Below are positions 32,301 to 44,300 of a DNA stretch of 64,000 nt, one piece after another (within the stretch, counting starts at the first letter, position 1; every line of letters starts with the position of its first letter). Location: the NCBI RefSeq assembly GCF_964194155.1, contig NW_027597459.1:1-64000 (forward strand), written 5' to 3'. Made by a program: the position numbers and the translations under genes. This DNA is from Cetorhinus maximus. Lineage: Eukaryota. Under the pieces are notes generated by a model that made no database searches, was not told the DNA's origin, and saw only the letters and a list, made by a program, of their open reading frames with translations.

Positions 32301-35300
32301 TTTGTTCTCTTTGTTGTAAAGGTGGAAGTGCTACCTGACATGAGTGAGCCGCAGCTGGAGGTAATGAGACTTCAGTTAGAAACGGAGAACAAGCAAAGGA
32401 AATGAAAAAAAAAATGGAACTAGAGGCAGCAGAAAAAGAAAGGACATTTCAAAGGGAGCAAGTAGAAAGGCAGGAGAAAGAAAGAAGCTGGAGCTGGAAT
32501 TCCGGGCACGGGAGAAGGATAAAGAAAGAGGCGAGGGAAAAAGAGAAGGAACGAGAAAGGGAATACTAACTTAAAAGGCTGGAAGCTAAAAAAAAGAGAT
32601 CTCAGATTCTGAGGAAAGTTCTGATGATGAAAAAAACCTTTAACCTGAAACCTAGTGGGGAGATGCTAAAATTTGTACAAGCTCTTCCAAAGTTTAAGGA
32701 AAGGGAGATGTTGAAGCATTCTTTATTTCATTTGAGAAGATAGTTAAACAGATGAAATGGCCACAGGAAAGAAAACTGGGCATTGTTGTTACGATCCCAG
32801 GTTGGTGGGTAGAGCGCATGAGGTTTACGCTTCACTGTCAGAAGAAATATCGGTGAATGATGTGGTAAAAAAAGGCTATTTTGAGTGCATACGAGTTGGT
32901 TCCTGAGACGTACTAGCAGAAGTTTAGGAATGAGAGAAAACAGCCTGGGCAAACTTGTATCAAGTTTGGAAGAATAAAACAAAGTAATTTTGACCGGTGG
33001 ATACGGGCATTAAAGGTAGAGGTGACATACGTAGCTCTTAGAGAGGTCATTCTTCTGGAAGAATTTAAAGATTCGATTCCTTCAGTAGTGAGAACTCGTG
33101 GAGGAACAGAGGGTTCAAACGGTAAGACGAGCAGCAGAGGTAAATGAGTTAGTTTATAGAGCTAAACCTTATTCTTGCCACCCTTTTAAATCAGAGAAGG
33201 ATAGAAAGTAGGAAGGTGGGTAGTCAGGGAAGAGGAGTAGGTGGAAATTCCCAGCAAGTTTTTTTTTCAGAATAAGGAAGGAAGGTGCTGAGGGTAGAAG
33301 TGACATTCGAAAATTGAAGTGTTTTCATTGTAATAAAGTTAAGACACACAAAGTGTGTTAGAAATTGCAGGGAAAATCAGTTGGAATTATTGGGGTGCAG
33401 AAAAGTTCTGGAAGTATAAGTACTGTGGGTTCTGAGGTTCAGGCACAGGAAAAACTAGCGGTTTGTGTACAGGTAAAACAGGAAGGATCAGTGATCGGTA
33501 AAGAAGTGGGAATGCGTTTCACAGTTTACCCAAGAAAATTCTGTGGAGTAGGTTGCAGAAACGTTTAAAGATTTTGTGTGTGAAGGGGAAGTCTTTCCAC
33601 ATGTACAAGGTGGAGTAGGTAAAGATGTTAAAATTTTAAGAGACACAGGGGCTAGTCAATCCTTAATATTGTGGGATAGTGACATTTGTTGTTCAGAGGG
33701 AGTGTTGCAGGAACAGGTTATAGTAAGTGGGGTTCATGGAGATGCTAAACCTATTCCACTGTGGAAGGTAAAATTAAAGAGTAAGTGGGAAAACAGGTGA
33801 GGTGATTGTTGGAGTAATGGGAAAATTGCCCATTGCAGAGGTTCAATTTATTTTGGGTAATGATATAACTAGATCACAATGTGGGTGATGTCTGTGGTAG
33901 TTGAGCAGCCTGTAGAAGTGTTTTCAATAGAAGTGTTACAGAAAGAGCATCCTGGATTGTTTCCAGATTGTGGGATAACAAGCTCACAGGCTCATAGGTT
34001 GAAACAAGAACAGGAAGTTCAAAGGCAGAGAGGTGTGAAAATCCAATTAGCTGACAGTGTGTTTGAATAAGGTTGAATGCAGCTGAAGTGTTTAACTCAA
34101 GGCAGTTAGCGGAGCTACAGAAAAAGGATTTGCAAATAAGACAGTTATATCAGACAGCTTATTCAGAAACAGAGGCAAAATATATTCCAGAATGTTATTA
34201 CCTTAAGGGTAATATTTTAATGAGAAAATGGAGGACTTATCATGCTTCAGCAAATGAAAGCCGGAGGGAGGTGCATCAGATTGTAATACCATTTGGATAT
34301 AGAGATGAGATTCTGAGGACAGCTCTTGAGATTCCAATGGAGGGACATTTAGGAATTAGAAAGACAGACAAAAATACAAAAACATTTTTATTGGGCTGGA
34401 TTGCATAGGGATGTAGTCAAATTCTGTAGAGCATGTTAGGGAGATATAATAATGTCCATAACGTTATTGGAATTTATTGTAAAATAGAGTCCGTGTCTGT
34501 GAGACTTAATTGAATTAAGAGGCAGCGAGTCTGGTGCTTTGATGTAAGAGGAGAAGTTAGGTTTGAAATGTTAATTAGGTAAACTTGGGGAAGTTTTAGA
34601 ATGTGAACTGTCAAAGGAACATTTGCATTTTTAAACAAACTATAATGGCTTGAATTCAAAGGAAGGGGTGTAATGTATATCAAGCCAGCAGAAGTAGTTT
34701 GAAATAGTGTGTTTATTTATTTTTCCCAAGGATTACTGGTAAAACTTAGTGCTATGAGATTAAAAACAAAAAACTGCGGATGCTGGAAATCCAAAACAAA
34801 AACAGAAATACCTGGAAAAACTCAGCAGGTCTGGCAGCATCGGCGGAGAGGAGCACAGTTGACGTTTCGAGTCCTCATGACCCTTCAACAGAACTAAGTA
34901 GAAATAGGAAAGGGGTGAAATATAAGCTGGTTTAAGGGGGGGGTGGAAGGGTGAGAAGGGGGTTGTTGGGACAAGCAAGCAGTGATAGGAGGAGATAACC
35001 AAAAGATGTCACAGACAAAAAAACAAAGAGGTGTTGAAGGTGGTGATATTATCTAAAAGAATGTGCTAATTAAGAGTGGAGAGCAGGACAAGCAAGGTAC
35101 AGATAGCTCTCGTGGGGGTGGGGTGAAATAAACCATGGGTGGAATATATTTAAAAATAATGGAAATAGGTGGGAAAAGAAAAATCTATATAAATTATTGG
35201 AAAAAATGGAAATTATTGGTTATCTCCTCCTATCACTGCTTGCTTGTCCCAACAACCACCCCCACTTCTCCCCCCACCCCCCCCCTTAAACCAGCTTATA

Positions 35301-38300
35301 TTTCACCCCTTTCCTATTTCTACTCAGTTCTGTTGAAGGGTCATGAGGACTCGAAACGTCAACTTTGCTCTTCTCTGCCGATGCTGCCAGACCTGCTGAG
35401 TTTTTCCAGGTATTTCTGTTTTTGTGTTAGTGCTATGAGAGATTTTTATTATCAGGAAGGTAAAGTCCAAAGACAGTGAAACAATGGGTATTTGCATTCA
35501 AAGGGGAAAATATGTATAAAGGAACGAAGGCTGTGTGTGAGGGAAGGCAGTCTAAGATTCAACAAGTGTGAAACGCCTTCTGCCTGTGTGTACCAAACTG
35601 CTGCCTTCAGGGGCTGAAGTTAAGAGAACTCACTTTGAATTCGACTGTTCAGGGTATCGTTTACTTTGCCTGGGTCCTTTAAAATCAATGCGTCTTACTG
35701 TTGCCTTAACGAAAGTGTAACTGGGAGTCAGATTAAGCAGGAGGTCTAGAAGTTATCATAGTAGTAATTTGTAGATCAATGTATGTACTTAAAGTCATTT
35801 CTTCTATTAATAAATGTTTAATCTAGTTTTGTAAAAACCTATAAGACTTGGTGGTCTTATTACTGAATTCAAGGCACACATCTCGATTTTTATATAAACT
35901 GCAAAACAAGTTGTGGCAATTGTTTCAAGTTTCTCTTTGGGATTTGAACAACTCACCGTTTACCTTCGGCTGTGCCATAACAAACATGTCAGGTGTTAGG
36001 GAAACCACAAACAGTGATTAAGCCAGCAGCTTTAATTCCCCGTTCCAGCATTTGAAAACTGTATTGACCACCAAACCGGTTTTGGCAGTACCCAATTATG
36101 CTAAGCAATTTTAGTTGGCCGTTGACCCAAGCGATTTAGGCATTGGGGCCGTACTGTTACAAGATGACGGCACTGAAATTGAAAAACCGATAGGGTATTT
36201 TTCACAGAAGTTGAATGTACAACAGAGAAGAGTTCAACGATCATAAAGGAGGCTTTGGGGTTGGTGTTAGCGCTGCAGCATTTTGAAATTTACATTGCAA
36301 ACAATTCGTCAGGAACAATGTTTATACAGACCACAGTCCTTTTAAAGTTTCTGGACAAGTTTCAAGACAGAAGTGCAAGGCTATTCAGATGGAGTTTATT
36401 ACTGCAACCATTTCATCTTTAAATGACACACATGGTGGGCTGTGAAAATCTGATCACAGATGCATTGTCAAGGGTTTGAAGCTTAAAGGGAAAATTGGAC
36501 ACTTAAAACCTGGACACTGGACTGGAATGATACCAAGGATTTGTATATATATTATGATAATGCATGCATCTGGTAATGTAATAGTGTAATAAGTATAGGC
36601 AGTAGTAAAAGATGGGTTCAGAAAAATGAAGCAGTCTTTTTAAATTATGACAGTTCATTTTTTTTTTAAAGGAGGAGGGGGATGTCAGGAGGACATAATT
36701 TTCATGTTATTGACATTTATTGTAAAGTATATTAAAGTGGGGCCTGTGTGAGTGCGTGTGTGGGACTTAATTGAATTAAAAGCAGCTGGTCTGAAGGCTT
36801 TGATGTATAAGATAAGCTAGGTTTGAAATGTGAAGTAGGTAAACATGGAGGAAGTTTTAGAATGTAAGGTCTAAAGGGAACGTTTGCATTTTTAAGTGAA
36901 ACAGATTAGCTTGAATTCAAAAAGAGCGGGTTATATGTTACACCTAGCCAGGAGAAGTTAAACAGTGTTTATTTTTCCCAAAGATTACTGGTAAAATTGG
37001 TACTATTATTATGTTATAATTTTATTATTAGAGAGGTAAAGTCCAAAGGCATAGTGAAACAATGGGAATTTGCATTTAAATGGGAAAATATGTATAAAGG
37101 AGTGAAGGCTGTGTGTAAGGGCAGGCATTCTAAGATCTAACACAAACGTGAAAAGCGTCCAGCATCTAAGCCTCAAGCTGCTGTCTACAAGGAACTGAAG
37201 CTGAGAAAAACTCACTTTGAATTCGACTGCTCAGGGTATTGTGTGTTACTTTGACTGGGTCATTTAAAAGCTATGTGTCTTTAAAAGCTATTTAAAAGCT
37301 ATTGCCTTAACGAAGGTGTAACTGGGGTTTAGGTTAATTAGGGGATTTAGAAGTTATCATAGTAGTAATTTGTAGATCTATGTATGTGCTCAAAATCATT
37401 TCTTCTATTAATAAAGGTTTAATTTAGTTTGGTAAGAAACCTATAAGACTCGGTGGCTGCCTTATACCGAATTCAAAGACTGCATCTCAAAATAAGTACA
37501 ATAGTTGTGGCAGCTGCTTCAAGTTTGCCTCTGGGATTTGGGCAGCTTGGCATTTACCATCCGCCTGCCACAACAAGGAGGATATAGAGATAGGGAGGGT
37601 TGTAAGGTGGGAGGAGGTGTCAGATAAAAGAGAGGCTGGAGGAGGATACTGAAATAAAAGCGAGGCTCTTACAAGAATGAGAATTTTAAAATCAACACGT
37701 CACACTCAACTGAGAGCCAATGTAGGTCAGCGAGAACAGGGGGTGATGTGGGAATGGGACTCGGTGAGGGTTAAGACACAGGCAGCAGAGTTTTGGATAA
37801 ACTGAGGTTTATGGAGGGTGGAGTGTGGCAGACCAGCTGGGAGTGCATCGGAGTAGTCGAGTCTAGAGGTAACAAACGCATACGAGGGCTTCAGCAGCAG
37901 ATGAGCTGAGACAGGGCTGAGGACCACTGGAAACGAGTGCTTTCTGTCCACTGAGTACTAAGTCACTGCCGACTGAGTACGGAGTCCCTGCCCAATACAC
38001 AAAGATCGGGAAAGAGCTGAGCCGAGTGAGGGGGCCGGAGTCATGTTTCACAATGTGACCTCTCCCAGGGAGCTGGATACACAGACAGACACGCACCTGC
38101 GTGAAGGAACATAGGCTTTTTACAGACGGTGCCTGTTCTAGGCAGAGAGAGAGAGAGAGAGATAGACAGTGGGCATTGAGTGCCTCACCCTGAAGATGGG
38201 CCATGTTGGCACAGTTTGAGACGATGACACTCACCTCACAGTGCTCTCCGTCACTGGGTCTGAGAAGCTGGCAGGCCTTGAGGGGAGGGGGGGGGGACAG

Positions 38301-41300
38301 GAAGGAATATGCGTCAGAGGCAGGGTCTGCACAGACTAACAATTATCCTCACTGCCGCCCATTTCCTTTCCCTCATTGCCCAGCATCCCCCTTTCATTTG
38401 CCCTCCCACTGCCTCACGCGCAGCCATGACTTTAAGCCGGTATGATCCATCCTCTTGTAACCCCCGCCACAGCTACCGCCCGCCACCCCCCCCCAGCCCC
38501 CAAAAAGCTAAAAAGGAAAGCTTGCATTTCTATAGCACCTTCTACATCCTCAGGATGTCACAGAGTGTTTCAAAGCCAATGGAGTTTGTTTAAGTGTGGT
38601 CACTGTTGTGATGTAGAAAATGCAGCAGCCAATTCATGCACAGCAAGCTCCCACAAACAACAATATGAAAACAACCAGATCATTTTTAATCACCTTGGCT
38701 GAGGGATAAACATTGGCCCCAAGACACCGGGGAGAACACGTCTCCTTCCCCCGCAACCCCGCTCCTTCCAATAGTGGCTGTGGGATCTTTCACTTGAGAC
38801 GCTAGATGGGGCCTTGATTTAACGTCTCATCTGAAAGACAGCGCCAACCCTCCTACAGCGCTGACCCTCCGACGGCGCGCCGCTCCCTCAGCGCTGACCC
38901 TCCGACGGCGCGCCGCTCCCTCAGCGCTGACCCTCCGACGGAGCGCCGCTCCCTCAGCGCTGACCCTCCGACGGAGCGCCGCTCCCTCAGCGCCGACCCT
39001 CCGACGGAGCGCCGACCCTCCGACGGAGCGCCGCTCCCTCAGCGCCGACCCTCCGACGGAGCGCCGACCCTCCGACGGCGCGCCGCTCCCTCAGCGCTGA
39101 CCCTCCGACGGCGCGCCGCTCCCTCAGCGCTGACCCTCCGACGGCGCGCCGCTCCCTCAGCGCTGACCCTCCGACGGCGCGCCGCTCCCTCAGCGCTGAC
39201 CCTCCGACGGCGCGCCGCTCCCTCAGCGCTGACCCTCCGACGGCGCGCCGCTCCCTCAGCGCTGACCCTCCAACGGCACGCCACTCCCTGTAGCAGGGGC
39301 CGTACTGAGGGAGTGCTGCACTGTTGGAGGGGCACAAGAGTACTATGCACCGAACCACGGCCGACTTCTGAAAGCCAGGAATCGCAGTGTCCCTTCAATT
39401 GGTTGGGGGGTGGGGGGGGAGGGTTATCGTCTGGATCTGGAGACCTGTCTGGGAGAAGCCGCAATTATTACCATCCGGTAACCTTAGTGAAGGGCTGCCA
39501 AAACACTGATGTGAATGTACCCTTTCCTCAATCCTCAAATGGTATCTTACCACAGTCCTTCTTTCCTGAGCTGCTTGATGTGCTCCTTGTACAGGATGGA
39601 GTTAATTTCTGCCTTCACCTTGTCCCCTTCTTTGATGGGGTCCACGATCAGAAAGTCACCTGAATGGGGGGGAAAAAGCACACGCAGAACATCGGCGGTT
39701 TTGTTGGCATTAACTGCTGCTACTGACTGGGAGTCTGGCAGGATGGAATCCTTCTATATTAGAATTACTACAGAGCGGACCAAAAGCCCCACACAAAACT
39801 CCCATTAATGTGCCACAATCCATTATAAATCCGACCAAAAAAATAAACTACTTTATTTAAATGCTATATTTCCCCCGGACCTTTAAGGCTTTGTACTGGG
39901 AACCCCCCTCACAGCCCAGGTAGCTCAGTCGGATGATAGTCAACACTTAATCCCAAGGACACTGCTGTGAATCTTACCCGAGGTACTAAATTTCTTAAGT
40001 ATTCTATTCCAAAAATACTTTATTAACTTTGACCGAAAATTATTACGATCAATTCTCCAAAGGCTTGGATCTCATTGGAAGTGGGGAATTTCATTTACTG
40101 AAATTTCCCGATTATGTTTCTGCAGCATTCATTGAATCACTGGAGGCATATTTTAGAGGGAACTGTTGAATAGTGATTGATAAAGTGGATATAAGAACTT
40201 GCAATTGAGCAAGGACTGCACAGAGTCAAAAAATGGGTAATTTGAACTTTATCGTTAGTCTGTGTCAAGCCAACTTGTTCATTTTAATGCAGCAACTGAC
40301 ACTGAACATGTGCAGGAAGTGCTCCCCCTAACGCTGCAGCATAAACACAGCCTTTAGCCCTCAGTTCGCAGGGAGCAGGAGAGCTTAGGGCTTCATTGCC
40401 CCGGCCTCTCCCGAGTTAAATTCCCCTCCCCCAGGTTCTGATATTGACAGCAAGAACACAGAAATTAGCCCGACTGTCCCTAATGTCCCACCCAGAGATC
40501 AGCCAGTCGCCCAGATTATGCGCAGTTGTTCTGGCGCACTCTCGCCTTGCTGTCTCAGTTTAAAAGGAGCCTCACCCCAACGACGATGACACCCCTGACC
40601 CCCCCTCCCCCACTCCACCCCAAACCCTGCCAGCCAGCTGCGTGCTGCCGGAAGTTGCGGACACTGCGCGACACAATGAGTTAGCGGACTGGCGCGAGGC
40701 GGCAGCTATACAATGGACGCCCCGTGTTCAGACACGCCCGTACCCCGCTTGATCCAGATGTTCTTGCGAAATTTGGTGGGCATGCTGGCGAGGAACCGCT
40801 CTCCCTGTGCAGTTTCCACTTCGTGAAGGTTGTTTCCTGGCGATCCGACCACCTGCGGGAAACGATGCGACAGAAATCTTGAGAGGGCACACGAGTCTCA
40901 CCAAACAGATGGCTCCTCCGACAACGCAGCACTCCCACAGTACTTGGCACCAGGGTGCTACAATAACTTGAACAGTGCTGTAAAGAGGGGGGCATGTTGC
41001 CGAAGCTTTTCGTCTTGCACTCATCAGGACAAATGCAAGAACGCCAAATTTTAAACAATCATAATAATTTATACACAGGAGAAAGGAGTACTGCTGATTG
41101 GCTAGCAAGTTATCTCTGATTGGCTAGCAAGTTATCTCTGATTGGCTAGCAAGTTATCTCTGATTGGCTAGCAAGTTATCTCTGATTGGCCGAGGCGTTG
41201 CCATGGAGAAAGCAACAGGGAACTATAGTCTCCCCAAACTTCTCCTATAATATAAATTGTTGTTGTCTGAAATTTGATATTCTTGTGTTTGTCCTGACGA

Positions 41301-44300
41301 GTGCAAAATAAAAAGTTTGGGCTTTAACAATATTCAAGTTTTGTACTACCAAGTGATTGTTTTTAACCACAAACATTTAGAACTCTTAATGTATCTCTGC
41401 TCCATCGCTTAATGCTGACAGTGTTACTAAGGCAGAGGCAGTCCAGTCCTGGAACACATCCAGTCCTGCTCCACCAGGGACAAGAGTGTGGTCCGCACTG
41501 ACCTGTCATCATCTATCCTGTCCAAGCAACACTGTCTAACCTCCAGAACGTCATGTTGGAGTTGTATAGAACCTTGGTGAGGCCACAGCTGGAGTACTGT
41601 GTGCAGTTCTAGTCGCCACATTATAGGAAGGATGTGATTGCACTGGAGAGGGTGCAGAGGAGATTCACCAGGATGTTGCCTGGGATGAAACATTTAAGTT
41701 ATGAAGAGAGGCTGGACAGATTTGGGTTGTTTTCGTTGGAGCAGAGAAGACTGAGGGGGCGACCTGATCGAGGTGTACAAGATTATGAGGGGCATGGACA
41801 GGGTGAATAGGGAGCAGCTGTTCCTTTTAGTTGAACAGTCAGTCACGAGGGGACAGAGTTCAAGGTGAGGGGCAGGAGGTTTAGGGGGGTGTGTGAGGAA
41901 AAACCTTTTTACCCAGAGGGCGGTGACGGTCTGGAATGCACTGCCTGGGAGGGTGGTGGAGGCGGGTTGTCTCACTTCCTTTAAAAAGTACCTGGATGAG
42001 CACTTGGCACTTCATAACCTTCAAGGCTATGGGCCAAGTGCTGGTAAATGGGATTAGGTAGGTAGGTCAGGTGTTTCTCACGTGTCGGTGCAGACTCGAT
42101 GGGCCGAAGGGCCTCTTCTGCACTGTGAGATTCTGTGAACGTGCAAGCAGTTCAGAAACCGGATTGAACCAGCACAACTCTGAAGCAAACAGGCAAAAAT
42201 AAAATCAGCTCTTGAGCACTGCCCACTGACACCTGAAAAGGTGCTTAAAATAAGCGGTCGCTCATTTAAGGCAGAGATGAGGAGAGATGTTTCCACTCAG
42301 AGGGTAGTGAGTCTTTGGAGCTCTTCCTCAAAAGGCAGTGGGAGTAGGGTCTCTGAATATTTTTAAGGCAGAGCTGGATAGGCTCTTGATAAATAAGAGG
42401 GTGAAAGGTTATCAGAAGTAGGTGAGAATGTGGAGTTGAGGTTACAGTCAGATGAGCCATGATCTTATTGAATAGTGGAGCAGGCTTGAGAGGCTGAGTG
42501 GCCTACTCCTGCTCCTAATTCATATGTTTATACGGCGTTCTGCTTTGCTGTGATGACTTTTGCAGCCAAATAGTCTTCTGAAATTCAATGTCGAAGGTCA
42601 CAGGAGAGCGTCCAGGATCTTTGGGACCCACACCCCAGTGAGGTTCAGTGTGTGTACGACCCATACCCCAGTGAGAGTCAGTGTGTGTGGGACGCGTACC
42701 CCAGTGAGAGTCAGTGTGTGTGGGACCCGTACCCCAGTGAGAGTCAGCGTGTGTGGGACGCGTACCCCAGTGAGAGTCAGTGTGTGTGGGACCCGTACCC
42801 CAGTGAGAGTCAGTGTGTGTGGGACCCGTACCCCAGTGAGAGTCAGTGTGTGTGGGACCCGTACCCCAGCGAGAGTCAGTGTGTGGGAGCTGTACCCCAG
42901 TGAGAGTCGGTGTGTGAGACCCATACTCCAGTGAAAGTCGGTGTGTGGGACCCATACCCCAGTGAGAGTCAGCAAGTGTGGTAGCCGTACCCCAGTGAAA
43001 GTCGGTGTGTGTGGCACCTATACCCCAGTGTGTGTGGGACCTTCAGAACCTAAAGAGTTGGTCAATGGTCAGGGACAGGAGGATGTGACTGCGAGTCAGG
43101 CAGGTAAGGGGGACCAGCATGTAGTGATGGAGGAGCTTCAGCCCCTGACTTTGTCCAACAGGTATGAGGTGCTTGCTACCTATGTGGATGAGTGGACTGA
43201 CCATGGCACCATGGTGAAGGGTACCATTCAAGTGTAGGGCGTGAAGAGGAGTGTGGTAGTGATGGGAGACAGTATAGTCAGGGGGACAGATACTATTTTC
43301 TGCAGTCAAGGGCGCAAGTCCAGGTGGTTATGTTGCCCACCCAGTGCCAGTGCTCGGCACATCTGCTCTGGGCTGGAGACACTGGCACAGACTGAGAACT
43401 GGTTAACGGACAGAAAACAGAGAGTAGGAATAAATGGGTCATTCTCAGGCTGTGACTAGTGGGGTACCGCAACCATCAGTGCTTGGGCCCCAGCTATTCA
43501 CAATCTATAGCAATGATTTGGATGTGGGGGATTAAACGTAGTATTTCCAAGTTTGCAGATGACACAAAAACTAGGTGGGAGTGAGAGTTGTCAGGAGGGT
43601 GCAGAGACACTTCGAGGGGATTTGGAGAGGCTAAGCGGGTGGGCAAAAATTTGGCAGACGGAATACAATGTGGAGAAATGAGAGCTTATCCACTTTGGTA
43701 GGAAAAACGGAAACACAGAGTATTTCCTAAATGGTGAGAGGCTGGCAAGCGTTGAACTTCAAAGGGATCTGGATGTCCTTGCTCATGGGTCACTGAAAGC
43801 TAACATGCAGTTACAGCAAGCAATTAATACAAGTGGTACATTGGCCTTCATTACAACAGGATTTGAGTATAGGAGTAAAGATGTCTTAGTGCAATTATAA
43901 AGATCCTTGGTGAGACCACACTTGGAGTATTGTGTGCCGTTCTCTTTACCTAAGGAAAGATATACTTGCCATAGAGGGAGTGCAACAAAGGTTCACCCAA
44001 TTAATTCTTGGGACGGAGGGATTGTCCTATGAGGAATGATTAAATAGACTGGACCTTTATTCTCTGGAGTTTCGAAGAATGAGAGATGATCTCATTTAAA
44101 CGTACAAAATTCCTACAGGGCTCGTCAGGAGGGACGTTTCTCCTGGCTGGGGGATCTAAAACCAGGGGATACAGTCTCAGAATGAGGGGTAGGCCATTTG
44201 GGACTGAGATGGAGGAGGAATTTCTTCACTATGAGGGCGGTGAATCTTTGGAATTCTCTGCCCCAGAGGGCTGTGGAGGCTCAGTCATCGAGTATGTTCA

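Larger units (their letters stand above)
26712..37575 (+). mobile_element. Gmr1-like Gypsy LTR retrotransposon, decayed and internally deleted, with nested insertions
   Basis: 5' LTR 26712-27173 (TG..ACA, partly replaced by a CR1 tail at ~26786-26951); tRNA-Pro-like PBS TGGGGGCTCTTTGCGGGAT 27177-27195; gag remnants; protease [10 protein letters not shown] ~33630; integrase GHLGIRKT ~34343; RNase H ~36100-36480; PPT 36668-36682; 3' LTR 36683-37575; flanks AGCA/AGGA. Confidence 0.88.
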
